Source: Pocillopora damicornis
Taxonomy: Eukaryota
Length of the DNA stretch: 64,000 bases
Assembly (NCBI RefSeq): GCF_003704095.1
Contig: NW_020843834.1
Span: forward strand, 992,001 to 1,056,000
Direction of reading: 5' to 3'
Part shown: in pieces, positions 34,901-46,663 of the stretch
How positions within the stretch are numbered: position 1 is the stretch's first letter
Layout: each line of letters opens with the position of its first letter
Notes under the pieces: generated by a model
Databases searched by the model: none
Told to the model about the DNA's origin: nothing
Seen by the model: the letters and a program-made list of their open reading frames with translations, nothing else
Program-made: the position numbers and the translations under genes

Positions 34901-37723
34901 TTGCTCAGAGACTGAGACTGATCTGTGATTTTTAATGAAAACACAGCAGTGTGGATAGCTGAGGGCAAACCGAAAACGCTACTATTCATAGAAATATTTT
35001 GTTTCCTTTTTCAAGACGAAAGCGAACACTCAGTAAAACGTATCGGTGGGTTTTTGTCGATGTTCACATAAATAAATTGCCATTTTAAACTGCATACAAA
35101 TGTCTCTAAGTACCTTGTAACGCAACAAGTGCTTTGTCCTCAAGAACTTCAAGTGCAACACCCAAATCATTGTTCACAGCCTTCAGTCTATCCTGTTCAA
35201 AAGCATGGTATGCTAGACCGATTAATAACTACATAGCTGTACAATGCCTTAGTCATGTAACTTGAGGAAGGACTATGGTCTTTCAGTAATTAATTCATCA
35301 ATCAAGTAAGCACCTAATTAACAAAGTAAAAAGCCTTTATACAGGCCCAAGTGGCCCATAGGGCCGATGCTTAACTTCAGTTTCCTTAGCATGAAGCGGC
35401 TAGGAGTATTGCTACTCCCCCCTTGATGGGATGCTAGTCCATCGCAGGGTTACCCCCAGCACATTTGCTGGTACCCATTTGTACACTTGGGTGAAGAGAA
35501 GCACTGTGAGAGTAAAGTGTCTTGCCTAAGAACACAACACAATAACCCCGGCCAGGGCTTGAACCCAGACCACTTGATCTGGAGTTGAGCACACAAACAA
35601 TGAGGCCACCGCGCCTCCACAATTAACAAAGTGTCCAAGTTCAATATGTCTTCACTCAGGCAAAGAATGACATAAAGACCTTCAGGTAAACCAGGGATTT
35701 TTTTTCTGTATTTTTTTTCCATACACAGCTGCCAATGGTGTAATAAGCAGGTGTGCTGTAATGCATATCCCAAACACAAGAGCTTACTTACAGGCTAAAC
35801 AGATGGTGGTCAGAGGTCCTAACCGTTTAACCCTTTAACACCCAAGATCTTATTAGTAATTCTCCTTACTGTCTGCCATACAGTTCTTGTGATGTTAGTT
35901 TGGAGAATTTGGTAGTGGATCAACTTATAATCCCCTAAATTTTAATTTTTCTCTACTCTCATCACTTGTCTTCTTGATATTGTATTGATTATGTAAAGAG
36001 AAATGTCACTCATGAGAGTTTAAGGATTAAATCCTAAAAGTGATCACATGAAACTTCTCTCTATCACATCCATACATTATACAGCAAACAGCTAATGAGA
36101 ATACTCAAACTTATCAGGTGGTAGTTTTTATCTTGATCTAAAACCAAATTCTTGTAACTAAGTTACCAGGAAATGTGCAGCAGCTAAAGGCAAGAATTAA
36201 CAATTAGGTCTTAGGAATTTAAGGGTTAAAGGCAGTGGTAGACCACTGGTAACTGGCTTTTATTGAAACCCCTGTGTAAAATTCCTGGGATAAATATTGT
36301 GAAACAATAAAATGATGAAAAAAGGATAAGAAAGATGGTCAATTTTTGAGCTAAGTAAAGAAATAGTCTTGTCACAAGGTTGGGACAAAGTGAAAAAGAA
36401 AAAAACAGAGTCCCTGTGAGGAATCAAACCTTAGACCTTTGGATTCTGTGCTCCAATATCCTACCAATGAGCCACAGACACTCCATGGTGAGTAAGGCCA
36501 TTATGGAGTTCATAATGGCCTAGCTCTTGGTGCATATTCTCCATACTGTTCTCTATACATTTCCTGAGGTGCTGACAAGGAGAATTTGTTTACCGATCAA
36601 GAGCTTCTTTCATTGGTGATCATTTCCTTTATTCTCATCAACTTACTTATTTGATTCAGGGGTGTTATTGTAAAGAGAAATTAGATGCTACTCCCTCTTA
36701 GGGGACAAGATGTGACTATGGCCATTACTTCTATGGGAATGTTATTTTACAACATGTAAATCATAAGTTCCATAGTTACCTGAAGATGCTCCAAAACTTT
36801 ATCTGCACACCCTGCATTGGACACTACATACAAATGTTCAGGTGTTTTGTTTATGATCAAGTCATCAATAATCCCACCATCTTCTGTGGTAAACAGAGAA
36901 AGAGTCCCTGTGTAATCTGCAAGTCCTGCAATATCTGCAACTACCAGGCTTTCCAAAAATTTAATTCTGTCACTTCCATGCACTTTAAATTGCAACATGT
37001 GGGATACATCAAACAGAGAGGCATGCTGCCGAGTGTGTAAATGTGAAGGTAGTACACCATCTTTATATTGCACTGGCATTGACCAACCGCAGAAAGGGAC
37101 CATCTTTCCACCAAGCTCCAAATGGAANNNNNNNNNNNNNNNNNNNNNNNNNNNNNNNNNNNNNNNNNNNNNNNNNNNNNNNNNNNNNNNNNNNNNNNNN
37201 NNNNNNNNNNNNNNNNNNNNNNNNNNNNNNNNNNNNNNNNNNNNNNNNNNNNNNNNNNNNNNNNNNNNNNNNNNNNNNNNNNNNNNNNNNNNNNNNNNNN
37301 NNNNNNNNNNNNNNNNNNNNNNNNNNNNNNNNNNNNNNNNNNNNNNNNNNNNNNNNNNNNNNNNNNNNNNNNNNNNNNNNNNNNNNNNNNNNNNNNNNNN
37401 NNNNNNNNNNNNNNNNNNNNNNNNNNNNNNNNNNNNNNNNNNNNNNNNNNNNNNNNNNNNNNNNNNNNNNNNNNNNNNNNNNNNNNNNNNNNNNNNNNNN
37501 NNNNNNNNNNNNNNNNNNNNNNNNNNNNNNNNNNNNNNNNNNNNNNNTAGCTCTCTTAGGTACAGCAACTGAGCGCAAAAGATGCGCTTACCTCAGAATC
37601 TGTTGCAAACGCCCGAGAACCATGCGAAGTCTTCGTTAGCGCGCTGGACATCGGAAGCCGAGTATTCCTTCTGCAGGCTTTACAAAGAAACCTACTTGTA
37701 GATAATCGGGAAATAGCACTCAT
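31940..37723 (-). CDS. AMT: Aminomethyltransferase, mitochondrial (glycine cleavage system T protein)
   Basis: Exons 37723-37592 (transit peptide), gap-37126..36780 ([21 protein letters not shown]...FDVSHM), 35192-35114 (ALQG), 34393-34248 ([12 protein letters not shown]), 34031-33845 ([20 protein letters not shown]), 33516-33400, 32992-32954, 32118-31940 ([19 protein letters not shown]...MPFLPTNYY). The start of exon 2 lies in the N gap. Confidence 0.96.
35338..35620 (-). mobile_element. tRNA-derived CORE-type SINE
   Basis: Minus strand: tRNA-like head (ggtggcctc...gggttcaagccctgg) followed by a CORE-like block cttaggcaagacactttactctcacagtgcttctcttcacccaagtgtacaaatgggtacc. Decayed relatives at ~890-990, 26365-26620 and 57725-58040. 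Confidence 0.8.
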
Positions 37724-37956
37724 TTTCCAAGATTCTCAATATGTCTACCAAAATATCCTCAGATCGACGAAGAAAAATAACCTCCTCTCCGTAGGTTGTG
37801 AAATAATTATCGACCGCGAAGATGCAGATATTGGTCAGCAGTCTCCCTAAGGAGCAGGCGTTGTAATATGTTTATAGCGTCCGTGCAATGGACGCCATGA
37901 TGAAATTCATAAGGTAGAGATGAGGTATTAGAAGATTACTTGAGAACGGAAGCAAA
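37724..37956. promoter_or_regulatory. Putative bidirectional promoter between AMT and ING3
   Basis: Divergent start codons only 233 bp apart; locally CpG-rich. Confidence 0.75.
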
Positions 37957-40900
37957 ATGCTGTATTTGGAGGACTATGTTGAGTGTAAGGTTTTTTAAGC
38001 TTATTTTTATGGTAATATCTTGGCCGTAAATGACTGCTGTGAGTCTTTTTATCCCATAAAAACGCGTTTAAAGTCAATCAAGCCTTCGATCGTTTGTAGC
38101 GTTGCTTTTGTTATTTAATGCCGAAATCTTTACGAACCAAGTAGCTGGTTTGATTCTAAAAGTGAAATTTTATCCAAGATGCGTGGCTTAAGCAAAAATC
38201 TGGGCTAAATTATGTGATCGTCATCGTAACACGATTGTGTTTAAATCTGTAAACAATGAATAATCACGGACATGCGCAGTAGCTTATCAATAAGCAGTAC
38301 ATCGTGGAACGCATATAGGGCTCTAAGGTGTAATCATGACTGCTTTTTATAAATTTAAGACGAGTGAAAAAAAATTTTCATCATTTTCTGTGGAAAAAGT
38401 GTTTTATAATTTTCCCTAATTCTGCTTTCAAAAAATATGTGCACCAATAGTCCCCCCAGCACTGACTTACATGTTACAATTTTTGAGTGATCATTTACTT
38501 TTCCAGTCTTGAGGAATTCTTTGTTATCATGCTCCTGCATGCGAAGGGCATGGTGAACATGGCCTCAGAAGTTCCTGTATGGCAGCAATTTTTGTCTTTT
38601 ATACAATATGGTTGCTACAGTAAAATTTTAAACTTTAACTGTGAACCCTTTAACTCCCTTGAGTGACCAAGAGAGAATTTCTCCTTACAATATCAATAAA
38701 ATATCAAACAGATAAGTGATGAGAATAAAGAAAAACATCAATTTGGGAATAATTAGTTGATCCAATACTAAATTCTCTGAACTAACATTATAGGAATTGT
38801 ATGGTTGACAGTGACGAGAATTACAAATTTGATCTGGGAGTTAAAGGGGTAATTGTTTCCACTTACAGCAAACCTACACCAATTATTATTGATATCATTG
38901 GTTTTCAAAAAACATTATTATAAAGAGAGATTTTATCTGTATTGTTTTGACCATGGGTTAAGAAAAAAAGTCTGAGTTCCCTTGGAGGAATTGAAGCCTG
39001 GACCCTTCAGACCCTTTGTGCTGCAGTGCATCAGAGCAAGAAATGGAGAGGTCTTAGGTCAGATTCCTTATAGGGCACTCAGATGTTTCTTCTTACCTTT
39101 ACAGTAACTAACTATAAAAAAGTCTCTTTTCTCTGCCTTCATGCTGAAAATTTACCATTTATCTTATTCCAATTTTTTACACACTGTTACACTGTTATCT
39201 AAGGTATGAGATTATCCTAGTGTACTGTAAATGACCTTGTGATGGTTGTCACCATCTGTTGTTATTGCATTTCCATGAAGTTAACATAAAATGTTTGTTA
39301 ATTTTTAAAGTGATTGAGCAGCTGCCAGTCGAGCTGCGAGACAGATTCACAGACATGAGGGAAATGGATCTACAGGTTCAGAGTGAGTCATGGCTTGGGA
39401 AGCACTTTTACTTTATTAAACTTTTTAACGTACTCAAATAATGTTTTTATGTTACACTTTAATTGCTTTATTAACTAGATGCTCCACTAGGTTCTTTTGG
39501 GAAGTTTCATTGAGTGTTAAAATTGATCCATGATTGTACTGGTTTCACATGTTTTTCTTGCTGATTGGTTATGATAACTCTTACCATCCTTACAATTAGA
39601 AGCTTTATCTTAAATAATCACATTGTCTTGGCTTGGATTTTCTTGAGCATTAAGTGGGTTACTTGTTTTAACTTTCTGCTCCCTGTAACCTTGGTTCTGA
39701 CTAGGCATTGTAAATTATATTGGTTTTTGTTTGACAAAACTTAATCAGTGTGCTCTAACTAAAGTAATGTATTGAGGTTTCAAGCATTAGCCCTTTTTTT
39801 CTTGGCTTTGACGAAGGGCTAATGCTTGAAATGTCATAAAACTCTATGGTGGCCAATTTATGTTATCAACTGGTTGATGATACTAAATTACCCTGTTATA
39901 CTCTCCCACTGATGCAGCATTTCAGTTTCTTTAGAAACTTACCCCCTTTAAATTACAGGTATTGCTTGATTTGATTACTGCAGACCTGACTGATGTGGCA
40001 TAATCTTCAACACCTTCCCATGCACAGTTGAATAGTCACTCTCACTGTCACCAATTGATTTTTTAACATTTTTTTCTAATTACAGACAGAATAGATGACA
40101 TGGACATCAGAGTGAAGCAGTTTTTCATGAACTGCCGAAAAGCAAAGCCAGAATGGAAAGAACAACAGTACAAACAAATCAGAGATGTAAGTTACAATCA
40201 TTAATAAAGACTTATTTGTGTGCCAAAAAAATTTCAATTTTTTTGTACTTGGAATAGTTTTTCAATGCTCGCAAAGTATGGAACTGGAGATGCACCACAG
40301 GAAATGCATTAAATGGCTTCTAAGAGAAACTCAGGCTATATTTCAGAGTTAAGAGTTGATGTTTCCAAGTTTTGATTCAAGGATTTAAATCCTTATGTTT
40401 GTTTTCACTTTTAGATGAAGGATTAGGTGATGCCTGAGGTCAGCTGGAAATGAAATCACATTTTATCTCTGATCTGTTGAATTTCCGTGTCATTGAAAGG
40501 CACAGTCAAATAGTGATAGTTCCACTTCTTGGGGTTTTTTGGGAGTTTTTCTTTAAACTTATCTTTGTTTGTTTGTTTGTTTTTTCTTTATTTAAGGAGT
40601 ATCAGAAGGCTGTTGAGGATGCTGAAGAAAAAGTTAGCATAGCAACACAGACTTATGATCTGGTATGGTAACACAGCTAGATTATTATACTAATTCAATT
40701 ATTTTCATTGCATAATTTTTGTTGCTGCTGCTGTTGTTGTTACTGTAGTTTCTTAGAATGGGTATATAGATATTACATTGTAATTTTCATTAGCATGCAT
40801 ACACTGTGTGTAAACAAGCATTAAGTTTAACCTGTGGCTTCCTTTTTATCTTTCCTTAGGTGGACAGACACTTGAGAAAATTAGATCAAGAGTTGTCCAA

Positions 40901-43900
40901 GTTCAAAATGGAATTAGAAGCAGATAATGCCGGTATTACAGAGGTTTTAGAGCAAAGTAAGTAAAGTTCAGTCCAGTGTAAGGGAACATAAATTTGTTAT
41001 TTTGAAACAGAGGGGTTTTTAGTATCTAAGTGGAAACATTAGTTAATTAATACTCTGTAGAGGTACATGTAGCCAGCAATGTACATGTGGCTTAATTTTG
41101 GATACATTTTTTTTTCTATAGGATCTCTGAGACTAGATGAACCTATTAATCCACCCTCTCCTGCAAGGAGTAACCACATACATGGATCATTGCAATTAAC
41201 TGGGCTTAGTAAGTTTATCAAGTGACCCATACAACCCTTCATATACAATCCCCTAGAAAACTGAAATGAAAACTGAGGTGCAGAGAGCTGGACCAGTCAA
41301 CATGAGTTGGAATTTGTCAGACAAACTGTGATGGACCAGAGTCCTATCCCAGAGAAGTAGCTCCATACACATGGTTGCCTCATGCAACAGAAACAGGGGT
41401 TAGTTATAAACAGCAGCTATGCTTGTCAATTCTCAGACTTAAATCCTTTCTGTGCTTTTCCATTGCAGAAAGGAAAGCTCCCGACAGTCTCTCTACTGAT
41501 TTGGTCAATGGCGATCACTTGTCCATCCCAGGGATGCATGACTATGCGTATGGTTCCCTTGGAACCTACAATCAGATGTCGCCATCACCAAAATCAGTTG
41601 CTCCTCAGTCTCCTTCATCTGCTCCAAGATCTTACACCTTAGGTGAGCAAACCCAGCTTACAGCAGTGTGAGAACCTTTACACCTTAACATTAGTATGTA
41701 TATTCTCCTTACCCTTCTCTATAAATTTCCTTTGGTACTGTCTGGGAGAATTTGTTTATCAATCAAGATTTTTAGTCTATGATCATTTCCTTTATTCTCA
41801 TGACCTTACTGTGTGATTTAGAGGTGCTATTGTAGGGAGAAATTAGATGCTAATCACTCTCAGGTATCAAAGGGTTAACCTTTTCATCCCTGAGATCTAG
41901 ATATGAATTTGCTGCCATACATTTCTTACAATTTTAAGACAGATAATTTTTTGTTAAATTGAACAGTGTCCTCACTTTAGTATATTTCTTTTCGCCACCT
42001 TTCTGCTGAAAAAATGTATTGGTATGGAAATTCCATTGTAATCCCACCTGGAAGTGAGAGGATTAATCCTTCAACTCCCAGAAGTGATTGACAGACAAAT
42101 TCTCCCCAAAATATCCCTACATTATCCAGCAAACAGGTAATGAGAATACTCACACTTATCAGAAAGACGTTTTTATCTTGATCTAACACCCAATTCTCCT
42201 AACTAATTTACAAGGAAATGTGTGGCAGCTGGAGATGCGAATTAACAATCAGATCAGAGAGTTAAACAACGTGTATATCATAAACTGAATTACACACGCA
42301 TTTTGATTGGCTCTCTCTAATGATCTATGGGAGAACAGAGACATTGATGACGTCTTTATTATGGAAAACATATAGATTTTATTTTGCCATGGGTCTGTTC
42401 AGGAATATATCACAGATGACACCAAAACGTGATTAGAACACCAGTGACACATTTTTGTTCTCACCACATTTTGTTGAGGTTTAAGGGTGAACAAGGCTGG
42501 AAAACTTCATGAAAGCATACTGTATTTATTTATATATATATATTTTTTCCTTTCTTCAGGTTCGGTCGGCGCAGGATCAGCTGCAGTTGCAGTTGCTGCT
42601 GCGCAGGCAGTTACAACGACGTTGCAGATGCAGCCTGGTAGAAGAGCTAGTGGAGCCTTGAAACCGCCTTATGCTGCAGCCTTGGGTGGGTGTACTGATT
42701 TCTGTAGTCTGCTGTTTTCCTGAACAGGCACCTTTGCCATTCGTTCAAAATTTCACGTTTTGTCACGAGGAAGCTGACATAATTTTTATAGAAAAGAAAT
42801 CGGCGAATTTGTCAATGTGTAATGAAAATATTTCATAGAGCTCATTCGATTCGGAACTCGATGCTTGCTGGATTGTTACTCTATATCCTAGACATACGGC
42901 TGTTTATAGTTCTTATTGTTATTTTTTAAAACACAAAAATTTGTTTTGAAAAATATCATTATTTTCTTTTTTACAGGAAGTTCTTTGAGCACTCTGTCTA
43001 CCCCACCTAGTGGTTTGAATGGTCTCCCCGCCAGTAGTTCCCTGGGAATGCCGTTTGACCCGGCATCCACTAACGTAAACTCTGTCAGTATACCTGTTAC
43101 TCCAAGTGACGTACATGCCTCGATCAGTGTGGCGCCAACATCGACAAAACAAAAGAAAAAGTAAGCACTTTGTGGAGTCTCGTGTAAGAGTATTTAGGGT
43201 CCGCGGGACCCGTTTCTCGAAAGTCCCGGTAATTTAACCCTTAAAACCCTAAGAGTGACTAGCATCTAATTTCTCCCTACAATATCACCTCTGAAACACG
43301 CATTTAGGTCATGAGAATGAAGGAAAAGATCACCAACTAAAAAAGCTTTTGATCGGTAAACAAACTCTCCTTGTCAGCACCTTAGGTCGCGTTAGGTTCT
43401 GTGAGCACTGTTATAAATTGCACTCCGCTCACTGATTTTATCTTTGTCTTTCGATTGTTAGCATCTGGTTACGAATACACGCGCTTCGCTTCATTTTGGC
43501 CTTCGAGAGAAATAAGATATGTCTCACGGCCAAGCAAGAAGGTCGAAGGCTTACCAAACGAACGAAAAAAAACAAGTTTTACCTTCATCCAGATTTTAAC
43601 ACTTATTGGTCAATTTTAGGGTTAACTGTAAAAGTATGGAGTTTTATAAATAAGTGATCATTTCCTTCATTCTTATGGCCTTAACTTTTGATTCAAGAGT
43701 GATACTGAAAGGAGAAACTAGACGTCAGTCACTCTTAGGGGTGAAAGGGTTAATGCTGCGGAAATCGGGATAAGAACCGGTGTTTTGGGCCACAAGAATC
43801 TATAGAACACTCAATCATTACCCTTAGTTGACAACTGAGGTGACCCTTTGATTCTCTCTGTTGTTTTTGACAGAAGTAAAAATTCCACTCAAGTCACAGC

Positions 43901-45240
43901 AGTGGCTTCGGCGCAGGTCGCTGAACAAGAGGCAGCCGTTGCAGCGGCTGCTGTACCGGACTGGGTGTACGATCCCAATGAACCACGCTACTGCCTCTGT
44001 AATCAGGTGGGTAAAAAGGTCTTTTAGTGTCGGAAGTAAACCGGGATTTCTTCGGTTTTTCTTTATTTCGCTTTGTGCTTGGTCTAGAAAACTCGTGTCA
44101 CTTTCTCGACCAATCAGATTCAAACTAAAACTAGTCGTCGCGACGTGATCACTCGCGTTTTCCCGCGCTTCAGGCAATTTGCTTGTTCTAGGATTAATTT
44201 TCTCTTTGGTTCCTTGTAATATTTTCCCTTTTCCTGACTGGCTGTTGTGATAACTTTAGCTTTGGAAAACAAGTTTTATCCTACATATTTCTAATTTATG
44301 TCTACTTGTAGGTGTCATATGGCGAAATGGTGGGATGTGATAACACTGAAGTGAGTCATTGTTTTAACGTCGTTTTAACTTCAAAACATGTTAATGATCA
44401 CTATATGTTACTTAGAAACATTATTTGCTCTTCTTGAATTGCCCCTTTTATTCCTTGCAAGCTTACCAGTCGTTTCGTAACCACGAACGCTTCGTGCTCA
44501 GTCGATTCGTACCCTGCTAGAACCCGCATTCGCACCCACTCAGTTTTTTGTTTAGATGTCTTGCTTTCAGGCTGTCAATACCAGCTTGTCTTACAAGGGT
44601 TAAAAACAATCGTAAGTTGGTAAGTCGCGGTGTTTGAAGACCGAAAAACTTTTTTGTCAAAGCTCAAAGCAAAATGGTAAGTTAACATGAAAAGTGTATT
44701 TTGATAAGCTTTGCTTGCGAAAAGTCTTCGGTTTTCTTCTTCCCTGCTTTTGTTTCCTTTGAACTTTCAATCTTCATTCGCATATTTTGCGGTTGTTTCT
44801 TATGTTTCCTTTTGAAATTTTTCGCGAGAAACTGGCGCGCGGCCGGCTCATAATTGATCCCCTTGCGTATGCCCTACATTTGACCGTTGTGTTCACAAAA
44901 ACGAGGTCTGGGACGGGGTTTGTAAGAGATCTTTGTTTCCTGAGACCTTCTGGATTTTGAACGTCACTTAATGTTAGGGTACCAATCGACCAGCGGGTCG
45001 GGTACGGACTGATGCACACTGGGTACGAATAAACCAATAGGTCTGGTACTAACAGACACAGACTGGGTACGAACCGGTTGAAGCAACTCCTGATTGTGCT
45101 GTTTATTCACGTTTCAGTGTCCCATTGAGTGGTTTCATTACGGATGTGTTGGATTAACAGACGCTCCAAAAGGAAAATGGTTTTGTCCTCAATGTCAAAA
45201 TCAAAAGAAACAACAAAGAAGAGGAAATAGACACCAGTAG
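37957..45240 (+). CDS. ING3: Inhibitor of growth protein 3 (NuA4/TIP60 PHD-finger subunit)
   Basis: Exons 37957-37984 (MLYLEDYVE), 39311-39382 ([23 protein letters not shown]), 40086-40186, 40597-40662, 40860-40956 ([14 protein letters not shown]), 41122-41208, 41469-41642, 42560-42685, 42977-43160, 43874-44006 ([16 protein letters not shown]), 44312-44350 ([11 protein letters not shown]), 45118-45240 ([23 protein letters not shown]). All phases are consistent. Confidence 0.96.
39770..39950. mobile_element. CpG-decayed hammerhead-bearing element with a short inverted head, ING3 intron 2
   Basis: tttcaagcattagccctt...tgacgaagggctaatgcttgaaatgtca...tactctcccactgatgcagca...tttctttagaaacttaccccc. 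Confidence 0.75.
44462..45080. mobile_element. MITE with subterminal repeats (ttcgtaccc / gggtacgaa), ING3 intron 11
   Basis: Repeated ttcgta(a/c)cc motifs at the left end mirror gggtacg(g/a)a motifs at the right end. Confidence 0.55.
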
Positions 45241-46426
45241 TATAAATGAATAAATGCAATTATGGAAAAGTCGGCGGCGACGTGAGATAGAATGAATAGT
45301 GTTACGTTGCTATTCTCTGTCGCAATGAGTGGTGTAACGAGGCCATTAGCGTGAAGACATGTTAGGGGCGACTTACAATGCGAAACAGAAAAACGAACAT
45401 TTAAGGAAGAGGAGATAAATGAAAAAGTAGAGTCATAAAAATACTTTCAGTTGCTTTAAGAATGGTGATATACTTGCGATAGTTTCGGAGGTACCAAAAA
45501 GTAAAAAAACAACAAGAACTACAAGAACAAAACAGAACTTGAAGATTTGTCTAACAGCGTACTCAATATTGGTTGTACAAAATGTTTAATTGCATGCATT
45601 CTGGCTGAATAGTTCTCAAAGTCTTCATACAGAGACGATAATAAAGAAAGAAAGAAATTTTATACTGAAGTACCTATGATCGTTCCTCCTAGTAAATGTC
45701 TTCAGTCGACTTTTCCTTGCCAAGGATAAGTTGGCGATTTTTTGGGGAGGGAGGGGAGGGGAGGGAGAAGGAACTATTAAAAAACGTAGCAACCGGCCTA
45801 GCAACAAGGCTTTTGTGAATAGATGACTGAAAAATCATTTCCTGGTGATGAAGGGTGACACCTTCAAATGAATGAATCAAACACAGGTTTTTTTGAAGAG
45901 GAGGTTGTCGTTTCACAGAAAGTTACTGCATCAGAGAGGGATTGAAAACAGCTCATTGTCATGAAGAGAAGGTAATTCTCCCAAGTTTTTCCTTGAGTTA
46001 AAGTTTCAATGTTGCTTTCGACACAGTGCTCACGGTCATGTATTTGTTGTTTTTAAATACTATCAGACTTTATATTTTTTCCAACACCGGCCTTGTACAT
46101 TAATGGTTATGGCTTTCTGTTAACAGCACCATTCAGATTGATGAAGTTGTTTTAATTCATTTGATCAACTATTCGAACAAAGTCTCTCAGTTCTTTCAAA
46201 CTAAATGCTCTCTGTCAGTTGAAGTGAAACATAGCAGAGCTGTCTTGACAGAAGTTCGTGTGCTTGCACTGCTCTCCTAACTCTAAGCAAACATTCGTCT
46301 ATCTGCAACTCTAATACAAGTTCCGTATGGACGCTAAGTTACGGTGATGAATAGTTAAATTTCTGGTGCATGCTTTCCTGATGTTTCCACTGACTGGAGC
46401 CTAAACCATAACTTCTCCCAGAGCAT

Positions 46427-46582
46427 AACTTGCAGTGCAGGCATATTTTTTCGAGCGACCGCTCGGGATTCATTCGTAAAACGTTTGGCCGCCATCTTGA
46501 AAAAACATGGCGGCTCGTTCTCTTAAAGTGAGCTTGCAGCGCTTACCCGCTTTTCTCCATAAGACGCCTGTACTGCAAGACA
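46427..46582. mobile_element. Short hairpin MITE related to 53433-54670, in the transporter 3' region
   Basis: TIRs cttgcagtgcaggc / gcctgtactgcaag, with internal inverted ggccgccatctt / catggcggc. Confidence 0.65.
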
Positions 46583-46663
46583 TCCTTACTGCAAAGGCTA
46601 TACTGCAACCGTAGTATCCCCGTGTTCCCATTAGTGTAATACATATCATTATTGGAAAAGTTA

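Noticed and set aside
36997-37639. Long ORFs over 37127-37547 (also 22440-22539 and 59437-59580)
   Set aside because: Artefacts of N runs.
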